Below, one piece after another: positions 1 to 12,870 of a stretch of 64,000 nt of DNA. Each line of letters begins with the position of its first letter. The first letter of the stretch is position 1. Source of the stretch: Octopus sinensis (lineage: Eukaryota); contig NC_043019.1 in assembly GCF_006345805.1 (NCBI RefSeq), forward strand, positions 13,143,360-13,207,359, read 5' to 3'. The notes beneath the pieces were generated by a model. It saw nothing but the letters and a program-made list of their open reading frames with translations, searched no databases and was not told the DNA's origin. Position numbers and translations under genes: made by a program.

Positions 1-293
1 ATGAATTAGGAACCAAAGAAAAATCTATTAAAAATTTGGGTAAAGCGCTTCATTAGATGCATAAATATATACACAAATGAATCAGAATTTATGTGGGCTG
101 GAAACTTGTGTATTAAATGTATGTGTGGTAAGTAGCCTGCTTACCAACCACATGGTTCTGGGTTCAGTCTTACTTTGTGGCACCTTGGGCAAGTGTCTTC
201 TACTATAGCCTCGGGCCGACCAAAGCCTTGTGAGTGAATTTGGTAGGCAGAAACTGAAAATAGCTTGTGTGTGTGTATATATATATATATATA

Positions 294-452
294 CTGTATT
301 TTAACATGTATAAGGAGCCCCCTAATTTTGGGGGCTTAAAATTTGGAAAAGGGTTTTGTAAGGGATTATAATACTGCAAGGTATAAGAAACTCCCATATT
401 TTTTAACCTAATTTTTGACCAAAATATGATCTTTATACACGTTAAAATATGG
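294..452. mobile_element. pogo/Tigger-like MITE nested in a SINE
   Basis: TIRs ctgtattttaacatgtataa (294-313) and ttatacacgttaaaatatgg (433-452) match 17/20; TA on both flanks; it interrupts the TA tract of a CORE-like SINE spanning about 130-610. Confidence 0.6.
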
Positions 453-619
453 TATGCATATATGCATTTTTGTGTCTGTTTGTCCCCCAACATCGCTTGA
501 CAACCAATGCTGATGTGTTTATGTTCCCCATAACTTAGTGGTTCAGTAAAGAGATCAACAGAATAAGTATTAAGCTTACAAAGAATAAATCTTGGGATTG
601 ATTTGTTCGACTTGGGCCT

Positions 620-1700
620 GTGTATATATAAGGAGTTCAAACCAGAGTTTGAGTTCAGAATGGAGCTTTAATACTAACTTCTGTGGAATTGTACAATATA
701 GTCTATTTTGCAGCACTTGGACTGCAATTTTCATTCTGCTTGGTACTCTAACATGGTCTCTAACATGTTTCTCCTGTTGGTGTTGAGCTTTCAGCAGCCA
801 CATGCATTTGGACTGTTCTTCTGTTAATATTTCTGAAGGCGTAGGTGTGTTGGTAGAATCTTCTTTTTAAAAGTATTCTCTGTTGAATCATTGTAGGTTG
901 TGGTATGTTATTAGTGCATACATATGTGTGGTATGCTATTGATTTTTTTCAAGACATCAATAGTTGAGTTGGCAGTTTGTGGGGGTTAGTACAACTGCAC
1001 ATTGGAAGGTGTCCATGTTGTTGTTATGTAATACATTTATGTCACTGTTGCTTGCTATATGATCCGGCTCTAATTTAGCTTAACATCGTGTCTGTTGGAC
1101 ATTTTAAGGTCAACGTAATTGAATCAAAGTGAGACATTTATTAGTGAATTTTTCTGACATTGAAACTGAGCTGGGGGCAGTTTAATGCTCTTTATGGCAT
1201 TTTGTGTTATTTGAGATGTTTGATATCGATTGAATTTTACCTTTAATGTCACTTAGCAGCAAAAGAGTGTTGTAATATTTGGGCGATGTAATGAAATAGG
1301 CTTCCTTTCAGTATATAAGTAAAAGTGAAAGTGGCTTCATTTGAAGATATGCTGATATTCTTGACTACAATCTTGAGGATGAAGCATGGATGGCCGGAGT
1401 TTCCATCAATGAATATTACAACACCATTCTGAGGCTAAGTGACATTAAAGATAAAATTCAATAGATCGCAAATATCTCAAATAACACAAAATCCCATAAA
1501 CAGCATTAAATGAATAGCAACCATTTCTTGAGCTTTCTGAAGGGGTGGTCGTTGCCACTGCTTAAGTTTGGTGTTGTATCAAAGAAATTTACTGTTTAGA
1601 GTTATGTCTATTGTTAATTCTAGATGAAGTTGTTTGAGATATCAATGAATTTTTTTCCTAAAATTGCCTCATTGGCCACCGTTAATATTCAGTGCTCATC
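620..1700 (-). mobile_element. Decayed Penelope-like retroelement (RT thumb, linker, GIY-YIG endonuclease) with internal inverted duplication
   Basis: Frameshifted minus-strand translation gives PLE-like pieces: LELTIDITLNSKFLDTTPNLSSGNDHPFRK (thumb), NRHDVKLN (linker FNRNxVKxSYS-like), TENTFK-KRFYQHTYAFRN, SKCMWLLK; many stops and frameshifts. Confidence 0.7.
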
Positions 1701-1996
1701 ATCTTGATGGAAGGCAACATGGCAATTTATTAAATTTTGTATTTAATATGTACAATATGCGCAAGCTTATTAAACTGGTTTTCAGTTGGTTATGGTGACA
1801 TATGTTCCAGTTGATCCGATCAACTGCGGAAGGATCATTAAGAAAAAAAGTGGAGGTGCAATGGCCCAGTGGTTAGGGCAGCAGACTCGCTGATATGAGC
1901 TGCTGTCTGCCAAACCGATAATATTTCACGAGTTACACGCAAAACAGCGACAAAGCAAACAATAGCGTATATATTCCTCTGTAATATATTCTTTGT

Positions 1997-2253
1997 GGAG
2001 GTGCAATGGCCCAGTGGTTAGGGCAGTGGACTTGCAGTTGGAGGATAGCAGTTTCGATTCCCAGACCGGGCATTGTGGGTGTTTATTGAGCGAAAACACC
2101 TAAAAGCTCCACGAGGCTCCAGCAGGGGGTGATGGCGACCCCTGTTGTACTCTTTTGCCCCAACTTTGTCTCACTCTTTCTTCCTGTTTCCTGAATAATG
2201 CTGCGATAGACTGGCATCCCGTCCAGCTGGGGGGGAACACATACACCATAGAA
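1997..2253 (+). mobile_element. tRNA-derived SINE with V-domain-like 3' segment
   Basis: A-box-like tggcccagtgg, B-box-like gtttcgattccc, and ctgcgatagactggcatcccgtccag (2201-2226) resembling the V-SINE core; a second head fragment at 1852-1890. Confidence 0.6.
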
Positions 2254-2929
2254 GCAGGCGTGGCTGTGTGGTAAGAAGCTTGCTTCCCAACCACAAGGTT
2301 CCAAGTTCAGTCCCACTGCATAGCACCTTGGGGAAGAGTCTTCTACTATAGCCTCGGGCTGACCAAAGTGGGCCATTTACACCCCATGTTCAGATGTGCT
2401 TTTAACGTTCCACTGGCATGAGTGCCAGTCAGGTGGTACTGTCATCAGCCACATCAGCAATTTTGATTAGTTTACACTTGCCTCAGTAGGTCTTCGCAAG
2501 CAAAGTTCATTGTCCAATGAATGAGGGGTACTCATAAGTGGGTCAGTTACACCCCACATTCAGATGTGCTTCTAACATTCCACTAGCACAAGTGCCAATC
2601 AGGTGGTACTGTCATCGGCCACATCAGCAATTTTGATGAGCCTTTAAAATACTGTTGTAGCTCCCCAATTTACAATTTTCTTGCATGGACCCCTAAAAAT
2701 CTTATACGGACCCTGAGGGACCATATAGACCCCAGTGGAGAACCACTGTCCTAATTGATGATTGTGCTGTGTTTCTTTTTCTTTTTGCATAAAGAAGTGT
2801 TTTGAAAAGTAAGAGATTAGTTGTTGATAGCTAGAACTCCACTGTGTCAAATTGGTTATATTTTGTGCAGGTGCTCATTGTCAGTGTTGGTGAACAATTT
2901 AATTACAGATGTGGTGTAGTTTGATAGAT

Positions 2930-3179
2930 GTTAGTTTATAATTGCTTTTTTTCTTTCTTGTTGCTTGTAGAAACATTAACATTTTTGGATATGTTCGCTT
3001 TTATGTTTTGTAATTTTGCAAATTTTCGGTAGATACACATGTGCATCGGTGTAGAGATACGCATTTGCATGTATTCGTATTTATTTGCATATAGATTTAG
3101 GTTCATGCGTATGTTTGTGTGTGAGTGTGTGTGATGATGCAATCCCGTGTGTGTGTGTGTGAGACGATGCAATACCATA

Positions 3180-3227
<48 letters not shown>

Positions 3228-3337
3228 ATATGTGAATGAGTGTGGGCAATAATGCAATCCTGTATGTGTGTGTGTGTGAGAGAGAGACGATGCAATTCCG
3301 TAGGTGTATGTGTACTTGACAATGCAATTCCACATGC

Positions 3338-3371
<34 letters not shown>

Positions 3372-3530
3372 TGAGGCATTTCCATGTGTGTGTATGCGTG
3401 ACAATGCAATTCCGTGTATGTGTGTGTAAGTATGTGTGATGATGCAATCCTGTAAGTATGTGAGTGATGATGCAATCCTCTGTATGTGTGTGTGTATGAG
3501 AGACGATGCAATCCCATGTATGTGTCCCCT
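2930..3530. repeat. Compound (GT)n/(TA)n microsatellite with a recurring gatgcaatcc unit
   Basis: Directly visible dinucleotide tracts interleaved with repeated atgcaat(c/t)cc. Confidence 0.9.
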
Positions 3531-4016
3531 TATAAATTTTTTTTGGGTAGTATGCATATGTACATGCATACAAATACATTTATTTTTCTAGCAGCAGCAG
3601 CACCAGTAGCAGTAAAACACCAACACCATCACCACTATCACCACAACCACAACCACCAGCACCAACACCACCAACAACAGCAGCAGTAGCAGCAATATGT
3701 TTGGTAATAATCTGGAGCAGAGAAGTAAGAGCTGTTCTAAAATAAATGTAAAATTATTTTTGGCAACCTCGCTAGAAATGGCAGCCGATTAAAACTGCCG
3801 AAAATCTCACTCATATGATCTTAATTGAAGGAAGGGAAGACATGTAGGAGAATTTGGTTCCGTTATGCAGTATATCTGAAACTAAAACGGGATGGCCATC
3901 ACTGGAACGCTTTTGATCTTAGGTTTGACCTGGAGCTAAACATCAATAACAAACAATAACATTACCAGTCTACCGCACATAGCATCTTTAGGAATTCTAG
4001 TAACTTTATATACAAA

Positions 4017-4410
4017 CTAGCAGTATCGCCCGGCGTTGCTCGGGTTTGTAAGGGAAATAACTATATAAGCATTTTTAGAGATGTAAAGTATAATAGCCAT
4101 CTCAATATGGCTAACCACAAAGGGGGATTTTACTGTAGCTTTTTACGTTCTGAGATTTAATAATACATTTTTAGAGAGTTACTTCCCTTATATAATAGCA
4201 AAAAAATGCTTTAAAAATGGGAAAAAATGATGGTATTTTTTTTTAAAATCGTAGACTCATCGTAGACATGCGCTAATACCCAGAAGGGCTCGATATGAAT
4301 CACGACTATAAGATACCCGCTTTTGGTTACACTGCACCGCAAAATGTGGGAGTAGTTAGGAATCTAAATCGTAGGAGACAGACACACAACTTCACTTTTA
4401 TGTATAAAGA
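4017..4410 (-). mobile_element. Non-autonomous Helitron
   Basis: Minus strand reads A|TCTTTATACATAAAAGTGAAGTTG...aaacccgagcaacgccgggcgatactgCTAG|T: 5' TC, 3' CTAG, subterminal hairpin, inserted between A and T. Confidence 0.8.
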
Positions 4411-4424
4411 TATAGTCAGACGTA

Positions 4425-4580
4425 GGAGTGGCTGTGTGGTAAGTAGCTCGCTTACCAACCACATGGTTCTAGGTTCAGTCCCACTGCATGCCACCTTGGG
4501 CAAGTGTCTTCTACTATAGCCTCGGGCCGACCAAAGCCTTGTGAGTGGATTTGGTAGACGGAAACTGAAAGAAGCCCATC
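4425..4580 (+). mobile_element. CORE-like tRNA-derived SINE (5' half)
   Basis: ggagtggctgtgtggtaag...ggttcagtcccactg...accttgggcaagtg...gaaactgaaagaagccc; same family recurs many times in the window. Confidence 0.8.
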
Positions 4581-4711
4581 ATATATATGTATGTATATAT
4601 ATATATATATATAACGGGAAGCTTTATGAAAATAAACAAAAGACGAAGGCAGGTGGAAAACAAACGAACAATTGTATTAGTATGGCGCTCAGGAAATATA
4701 AATAAAACAAG

Positions 4712-4749
4712 TCTTTAACGTTTCGAGCCTACGCTCTTCAACAGAAAGA
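4712..4749 (-). ncRNA. Type I hammerhead ribozyme motif, one core substitution
   Basis: Minus strand TCTTT CTGTTGA A GAGC-GTAG-GCTC GAAAC GTT AAAGA: 5-bp stem I, 4-bp stem II, palindromic AACGTT stem III, A6 changed to U. Confidence 0.65.
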
Positions 4750-5289
4750 TACACAGAGAGAGAAAAACACAGAAAGAAGGAGAGAAAAAAAATGCGTGCA
4801 GTAGCTAACGAATCAACATGGCGATCTGATTTCGGCCAGAGGTCAAAGATCAAACATGAGACGCGAGAGCGAAATAAGGGGAGATAATAGGGTTGATAAA
4901 CGGGTTGAGGGACCAGCTAAAGTGCGTGGGAGGGGTCTGGATGTGGTGTATGTATAGGTTGGTGTATGTATTAGTATGTATAAGGGTGTGTGTGTGTGTG
5001 TGTGTGTATGAGAGAGTATTAGTGCGTAAGATTGGTCTGGACGTGCATATGTATGGGGTTGGTGTATGTATTAGTATGTATTAGTATGTATTAGTACGTG
5101 TTGGTATGTATAGGTATGTGTGTGTGTGTGTGAGAGAGTATAAGTGTGTATGCGGGGTCTGGACGTGTGTATGTATAGGGTTGGTGTAAGTATTAGTATG
5201 TACTAGTATGTATTAGTATGTATTAGTTGGTGTGTGTATTAGTATGCACATCATATGTGATGTGATGTGTAAGTCATGTGGTGTAGTGA

Positions 5290-5600
5290 GGAGAAGAGGG
5301 GGAGGGGGAGAAGAGGGGGAGGGGGAGAAGGGGAGGGGAATAAGAGGGGGAGGAGAAGGGGGAAGAGGAGAGGATGGGGGAGAAGGAAGGGGAGGAGGGG
5401 GATGAAGGAGGAAAGAGGGAGAGGGGGAAAGAGGGAGTGAGGGAGCAGAGGGAAGGGGAAGAGGAGGGAGAAAGAGGAAGAAGGGAAGGGGAGTAGGGGT
5501 GAAAGGATGAAGGACTGAAGAAGTAGGGGTCGGGGGGAGAAAGGATAGGTGAGGAGGGGGGAGAGGGGGGTTAGATGAGGAGGGGGGGAGAGTTGAGACC
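5290..5600. repeat. Polypurine G/A-rich tract
   Basis: About 300 bp nearly pure G/A with many G runs. Confidence 0.9.
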
Positions 5601-5660
5601 AAATGGCGTATAAGAGCGAAGAGAGAAGATTAATTCCTGTTCACGGCGCAAACGGGAATC

Positions 5661-5699
<39 letters not shown>

Positions 5700-6387
5700 G
5701 TGTGTGTCTATGTTTGTGTGTCTGTTTGTCCCCCCAACATCGCTTGACAACCGATGCTGGTGTGTTTACGTCCCCGTAACTCAGCAGTTCGGCAAAAGAG
5801 ACCGATAGAATAAGTACTAGGCTTACAAAGAATAAGTCCTGGGGTCGATTTGCTCACCCTTATTTTTCACAAGACATTTCTCTTTATTTAGGTGTAGTAT
5901 GTCAATGACAACCATGTCTTATCACATACGGTGTTTCTTCCTTTTGACGGTAGTGTATGTTCCAAGGAAATCTAGTTATTCTCTCTTGCATATTATGGTT
6001 GCTTTGGCAAACAAAAATAAAACTTTGGGATTTCTTTTACCTTTCATCAAATTATGACTTCCTTGCGAAAGAAAATTAAATTTGGTGTCATTTGTAGCTG
6101 GCAATCTTACTCCAAGTTGTTTCAATCTAATTTTCAACATTTTTAAGGATTTTCTATCTTTTGGTCTTTTGCTTGTTTCTGTCATTAGACTGTGGCCGTG
6201 CTGGAGCACTCCTTTGAAGAATTTTAGTCGAACGAATTGACTCCAGTGCTTATTTAAAAAAAAAGTCTGGTGCTTATTCTGTTGGTCTCTTTCACTGAAC
6301 CGCTAAGTTGTGGGGAGGTAAACACACCAACACAGGTTGTCAAGCAGTGATGGAGAGACAAATATAAAGACACATAAACACACGCGT

Positions 6388-6424
<37 letters not shown>

Positions 6425-6471
6425 TACAGAGTGAAACTAAACATTGGAAACTGAAAGAAGCCTATTGTGTA

Positions 6472-6507
<36 letters not shown>

Positions 6508-7946
6508 GCAAAAATAAACATTGGGAGCTGAAAGAAGCCTATTGTGTGTGTATGTGTATATATGTATATATATGTATGTGTTTGTGCGTCTGTGTTTGTC
6601 CCCCCAGCATCGCTTGACAACCGATGCTGGTGTGTTTACGTGTCCCTAACTTAGCGGTTCGGCAAAAGAAACCGATAGAATAAGTACTAGGTTTACAAAG
6701 AATAAGTCCTGGAGTCGATTTGCTCGACTAAAGGTGGTGCTCCAGCATGGCCTCAGTAAAATGACTGAAGCAACTAAAAAGAATAAAAAGAACCAGGTGT
6801 GATTAGAAGGAGAATTAGCTACTATTTCTAGCAGGTCTAGTGGTTGCTTTGGTGAACAAGAATAACACACATCGAATTCCTTAACCTCTGATCAAATTAT
6901 AACTGCCTTGACAATGGAAATTAAATTTGGTGTCATCTGAAGCTCGTTATGTAACTTCCACGTGGTTTCAATTTATTTTACAATATTTTAAGGATATTCA
7001 CCGGAACCTGTACGGTTTATCAGTTTATCAGTATTACAAGAATATTAGAAGAACATTAGTACGTGTCGACAACTCGTCCGTAATAAATAAATACGAGGGA
7101 GAGAAAGCGAAAAGAAAAGCTAATATTTGATTATGGCAGAGCAAGTGTTAAAGTTTGACTCCATTTTGGTATGGCTGTCGTCTGCAACGATTCACTGTGA
7201 ATAAGAAGATTTATCACTCTACATTATATAGGAATGTTTGTTAGTCGTATCAATCGTATCTCACTATCCATAACTGTTGTATTCACCAACATAACACATC
7301 AATATTACCCACGATTGAAACAGCTCAGAGATATTGGCGCCTTCAAAACGGTTGGCGCCAAAAAACATAAGAATTCCAATCAAAATATAAATCAACCTTT
7401 GACTTTAATAATCTATTTTATTTTATATTTTTCTTTGGCAGTGGTCGTGGGTATTTGTTCAACTTTCAATTGCCTGAAAACTGATACAAAAAGAGGGGGG
7501 AACAAAACGTTGTTCGAATTTCATCTCTCATTTCTTTACACTGTTGATTTCATACTGTTATCAAGATTACTTCGTTATTTCTGTATACAAATATATTTAG
7601 TGGGATATCCAACCATCCATTCAAATATCCTGATACACACTCATACACAGACGATACATATACACAAATACATTCGTTTTTGAGTCATTTATGTCTATTA
7701 GCTATCATTGTTGTTGGTGAAGATGATGACTGGAGTTATTGGTTGCTGTTTACAATGTCTAACAGAAGATTCAACTATAACACATAGCTTATATTATCTT
7801 TCCATTGTAATTCGATAAATAAGTGTTCGTCTGTTTAAGCTTTCGTATCTGAAACGAACTTCTTATGATAAGACTTAATTTGTAGAGTGAGGAAATATCT
7901 TTGCTGAATATAGGAACATCTCAGAAACTAAGCTGCTGCAGAAGCA

Positions 7947-8770
7947 ATGGTGATGAGGATGATGAGGAGGAAGAGGACAGCGACGATGATGATGATGACG
8001 AGGATGATGACGACGATGATGATGATGAGGAGGAGGATGACAACGATGATGATGATGATAACGATGATGATAAAGATGATGATGATAACGAGGATGACAA
8101 CGATGATGATGATGAGGAGGATGACAACGATGATGATGATAACGATGATGATAAAGATGATGATAACGAGGATGACAACGATGATGATGATGATAACGAT
8201 GATGATAAAGATGGTGATGATAAAGATGATGATGATAACGAGGATGACAACGATGATGATGATAATGATGACGACGATGATGATAACGATGATGATGATG
8301 AGGATGATAATGAGGATGACGATGAGGATGATAATGATGACGACGATGATGATAACGATGATGATGATAATGAGGATGACGATGAGGATGATAATGAGGA
8401 TGACGATGAGGATGACAAAGATGATGATGATGATGAGGATGACAACGATGATGATAATGAGGATGACAAAGATGATGATAATGAGGATGACGATGATGAT
8501 GATGACGAGGATGACAACGATGATGATGATGAGGATGAGGATGATGATGATAATGAGGATGACAAAGATGATGATAATGAGGATGACGATGATGATGATA
8601 ATGAGGATGACAAAGATGATGATGATGACGATGATGATGATGATAATGATGATGACGATGATGATGATAACGATGATGATAATGAGGGTGGCGACGACGA
8701 TGATGATGATAGCGAGGGTGATAACGACGATGATGATGAAGATTATGATAACGAGGATGACAATGATGGT
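7947..8770. repeat. Degenerate (GAT)n trinucleotide array
   Basis: GAT/GAC/AAC/GAG units with recurring gaggatgacaacgatgat blocks; open in four frames. Confidence 0.9.
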
Positions 8771-9881
8771 TTTAAATTTTAGCACAAGGCCAGCAATTTT
8801 GAGGGAGAGGGCAAGTCAATTACATGGACCCCAGTGTTACTCAACTGATAATTATTTTATTGGCCCCGAAAGGATGAAAGGTAAAGCTGACCTTGGCAGA
8901 ATTTGAACTCAGGACATGAAGATGGATGAAATACCGCTAAGTATTTCACTCAGCATGCTAACAATTCTGCCAATAATAGTAGTTTCGAATTTTGGCACAA
9001 GGCCAGCATGTTTGAGGGATTGGGCAAACCAATTACACTGACCCCAGTATTCAACTGGTACTTATTCTATTGACCCTGAAAGGGATGAAAGGCGAAGTCG
9101 ATCCCAGCAGAATTTGAACTCAGAATGTAAAGACAGATGAAATGCATTAATAATAATAATAATAATATGCATTAATAATAATAATCATAATAATAGTAAT
9201 AATAATTCCCAACACCAACCACTCCTGAAATGTCATTGCTATTCCATAGGAAGGTGAGAGGTCTAGTAAGTACAGTGACAGAACAATTTCTGACATGTTT
9301 CTGCCTTATTTAAACCTCCTCAGCAAAGCATAATTTTCTTAACCAGCACTTTCCTGATATAAACATCCGCGGTCATTATTTTTTTACTTTTTCTTAAGCC
9401 ACGCAAACAACATCTATTTATAATTTCCCAATCAACATTACTCCTTTTCACATTTCCCCCCCGTATAAAACCCACTCTGGTCGATATAATTGATCGTACT
9501 TTTTCTCTTCCCCACCATCACCGCGTCGGCCCTCTAAAAAAAAACGTGTAAGCCAGGCTTTAGTTAACAACACTAGAGATCATTGTTGCCGGGTTTTTCT
9601 TTCATTTAAGCCCCTACTCTCCACACAACAACATTGTGGTTAAAATAACCCACACGAACACAATGGCTATTTACACAATGAATTGTTTTACTCCCATGTT
9701 TCAGAAAAACCAACTTCCGTGCTGGCAAAGCTGTTCTAACCAGCCTTTTACTTGTCAGCCCTGTTCGCAGATCCGTTTGGTCAGTCGCACAATGACTTTT
9801 ATCGGCTCGGCCTCTTTTTATCTTGCCTTAAATACCTCTCTGACTCTCCCCCGCCACGTGTCCCCCCTCTCTTTCTATAAA

Positions 9882-9916
<35 letters not shown>

Positions 9917-10079
9917 ACGTGTGTGTGTGTATAATATAATATATATTTCATATATATGTGTGTATATAATATATATTATGTATATATGTGTGTGTATTAT
10001 ATATATATATATATATTTAATTAATAAGGGTGAGAGAATTAGATACTATATGAGCCACATAATGACCATTCTCTTATAT

Positions 10080-10123
<44 letters not shown>

Positions 10124-10394
10124 TTGTATAATATATATATATATGTGTGTGTGAGTGCATAATATAATATATACATGTGTGTATAATATTATGAGTGTAT
10201 GTATAATATATATTATATATATATGTGTGTATAATATAATATATATTATGTGTGTGTATAATATAATATATATGTGTGTGTGTGTATAATATATATTATG
10301 TGTGTGTGTATAATATTTATATTTCATATATATGTATGTGTGTATATAATATATATTATGTGTGTGTGTGTATAATATTTATATTTTATATATG

Positions 10395-11060
10395 TCATCA
10401 TCATCGTCGTTTAACGTCCGTTCTCCATGCTAGCATGGGTTGGACGGTTCGACCGGGGTTCTGGGCAGCCAGAAGGCTGCACCAGGCTCCATCTAATTGG
10501 CAATGTTTCTACAGCTGGATGCCCTTCCTAACGCCAACCACTCCGTGAGTGTAGTGGGTGCTTTTTACGTGCCACTGCACAGGTGCCAGGCGGGGCTGGC
10601 AACGGCCACTGTCAGATTGGTGTATTTTATGTGCCACCGTCACGGAAGCCAGTCGAGGCGGTGCTGGCACGGCCACGAGTTGATAGTGCTTTTTACGTAC
10701 CACCAGACCAGGGATCCTGGCTGGTTCAATTCGATTTCGATTTCGCTTGCCCCAACATGTCTTCACAAGCAAAGGAGGTTGGCATGGGTGCCTGTGTACG
10801 GTCGCATTGGAGTATTTTACGTGCCACGGCCACGAGTCGGATAGTGCTTTTTACGTACCACCAGGCATGGGATCCTGGCTGGTTCAATTCGGTTTCGATT
10901 TCGATTTCGCTTGCCCCAACATGTCTTCGCAAGCATGGGGGTGGCATGGGTGTCTGTCGTCGGATGAGGTTCTATATCGACTTCGCTCTTCAGCCGGTCT
11001 TTGTGTCCAAGGGAGGAAAGGCATTCATAAGTGGGCGGGCTCACTTGTCCTGCCTGGTCT
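10395..11060 (-). mobile_element. RTE-type retroposon 3' end with (GAT)n tail and internal tandem units
   Basis: catcatcatcgtcgtttaacgtccg...ggatgcccttcctaacgccaacc... with repeated gtgctttttacgt(g/a)ccac; related copies at 23390-23726 (+), 43040-43122, 45322-45365 and 54859-55290. Confidence 0.6.
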
Positions 11061-11110
11061 TCTCACGTACAGAATATTTCCAAAGGTGTATAATATATAT
11101 ATTTGGCACA

Positions 11111-11489
11111 GGAGTGGCCGTGTGGTAAGAAGCTTTCTTCTCAATCACATGGTTCTGGATTCAGTCTCATTGCATGGCTCCTTAGGCAAGTGTCTTCTAC
11201 TATATCTTCAGGTCGACCAAAGCCTTGTGAGTGGATTTGGTAGACAGAAACTGAAAGAAGCCTGTTGTATATATATATATTATATATATGTATGTATGTA
11301 TGTGCTTGTCATCTCACCATCGCTTGACAACCGATGTTGGTGTGTTTATATCCCTGTAACTTAGCAGTTCGGAAAAAGAGACTGATAGAAAAAGCACTAG
11401 GCTTACAAAGAATAAGTCCTGAGGTCAATGTATTCAACTAAAGGCAGTGCTCCAGCATGGCCGCAGTCAAATGACTGAAACAAGTAAAA
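11111..11489 (+). mobile_element. Composite CORE-like tRNA SINE (head + TA/TG tract + 3' module)
   Basis: Same two-module structure as 22181-22563. Confidence 0.8.
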
Positions 11490-12044
11490 TAGTACTGATG
11501 TGTATTTGTTCAACTAAAATTGTTCGAGGCAGTGCTCCAGCTTGGCCACAGTCTAATGACTGAAACCAGCATTAAAAAAAAAAAATACTATTTTATCAAA
11601 CCCGTAAAAACTTCTCCTAACTGTTACTAAGAGTATCACACACCCATTCAACAGGCAGTCGAGATAATCCAGAATAGTAGCAAAATTTATATATTATATA
11701 TATCACACCTGTTTGATGAACAAGTACATGTGAAACTCTCAGTAACAGTTTGCATAGGTTGTTCTTTTTGGCTTTAATAAAATGCTATTCTATTCTGTCT
11801 TTTGTATTCGAGTACTGCTTTTTCTACCTTGTTTTGCACCTATGTGTTTTCTGTTGTGTATGTGTGCTTATGTATATATATATATATATATACTGGGTTG
11901 GCGTGGGGATCACCTTATATATATATATATATATATATACGGGAGTAAACACATAAATGTGAAACAAGGTGGAAAAAAGACTACTCAAATACCAGGGGTA
12001 GAGTAATATGCTTTATTTAAAGGCAGCAGAAAATTCAACAAAAC

Positions 12045-12082
12045 CTGTTACTCTGAGTTTTACGTTCCTGTTCGTCGGACAG
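12045..12082 (-). ncRNA. Decayed type I hammerhead motif
   Basis: Minus strand CTGT CCGACGA ACAGGAACGT AAAAC TCAGA GTA ACAG: stem I CTGT/ACAG, stem III ACTC/GAGT, GUA triplet; U4 to C and G12 to A. Confidence 0.55.
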
Positions 12083-12529
12083 TTTTTGCTAGAATAGAAC
12101 CGATATGCCAATTTTCTGCTGTGAAATGCGTAGCTGTATTTCGTCTGCCGCTACGTTCTGAGTTCAAATTCCGCCGAGGTCGACTTTACCTTTCATCCTT
12201 TCGGGGTCGATAAATTAAGTACCAGTTACGCACTGGAGTCGATGTAATCGACTTAATACCTTTGTCTGTCCTTGTTTGTCCCCTCTATGTTTAGCCCCTT
12301 GTGGGTAGTAAAGAAATATATATATATATATCTAAAACTGAAAATGTCTGTCTGTCTGTAAACGTGTGTGTGTGTATGTATAGTCACAGACAAGTATGGC
12401 TGACTAGTGAAGAATTTCACTTCACAATTCTATAGTTCAAATTTTGGTACTCCTACGTGACATCTTTAGCAAGTTCCTTGGGTGAAACCAAATGTTATGA
12501 ATGAAATAGGCTCTTTACAGAACATGTGC

Positions 12530-12870
12530 TTGCTTATTTGGAGCAATCTAAGATTCGCTGTCTCAACAGTATTTGCGGAGCATGACAAACCATTTCTTGG
12601 ATTGAAACACTGTGCTTCTTGTTGTTATTTACCATAACAACCATTGGAATTTTCATCCCAACATGGGAACGATGCCAAAGATTTACTGTTTGTTGTACTT
12701 TTAAGCACAGGAATAAGTCGAATGTGGAATATGGATTAGGTTTGGTTTCATGGAACAGAAACAATTTACATATTATTTTTTTAATGGTTGGTTACAAGAC
12801 TTGCTTCTGTAACCGTTTTCTCTTGAGTATCACACTTTTCCCTATTCTATATTTGACACAAAGAAAATAA
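12530..12870 (-). mobile_element. Possible Penelope-like RT fragment, heavily decayed
   Basis: aaacagtaaatctttggcat resembles aaacagtaaatttctttgat of the 1511-1700 relic (thumb TVNFLDV-like region). Confidence 0.4.

Larger units (their letters stand above)
4613..5663 (-). mobile_element. TA-flanked non-autonomous PLE-like element carrying a hammerhead motif
   Basis: (TA)n on both sides, aacgggaa repeated at both ends (4613-4620, 5651-5658), hammerhead at 4712-4749, internal GT and G/A-rich tracts. Confidence 0.55.

Noticed and set aside
1852-2062. tRNA genes
   Set aside because: A/B-box heads continue into SINE bodies and lack a complete cloverleaf; the same applies to all similar heads
7901-8782. 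293-aa Asp-rich ORF resembling acidic biomineral proteins
   Set aside because: A degenerate (GAT)n array open in four frames, with TTG start, no signal peptide and no strong splice sites; the (CAT)n tract at 31980-32430 gives the same D-rich translation on its minus strand
9300-9885. CpG-containing island with TATA-like and CACGTG motifs
   Set aside because: No downstream exon or other support for a promoter
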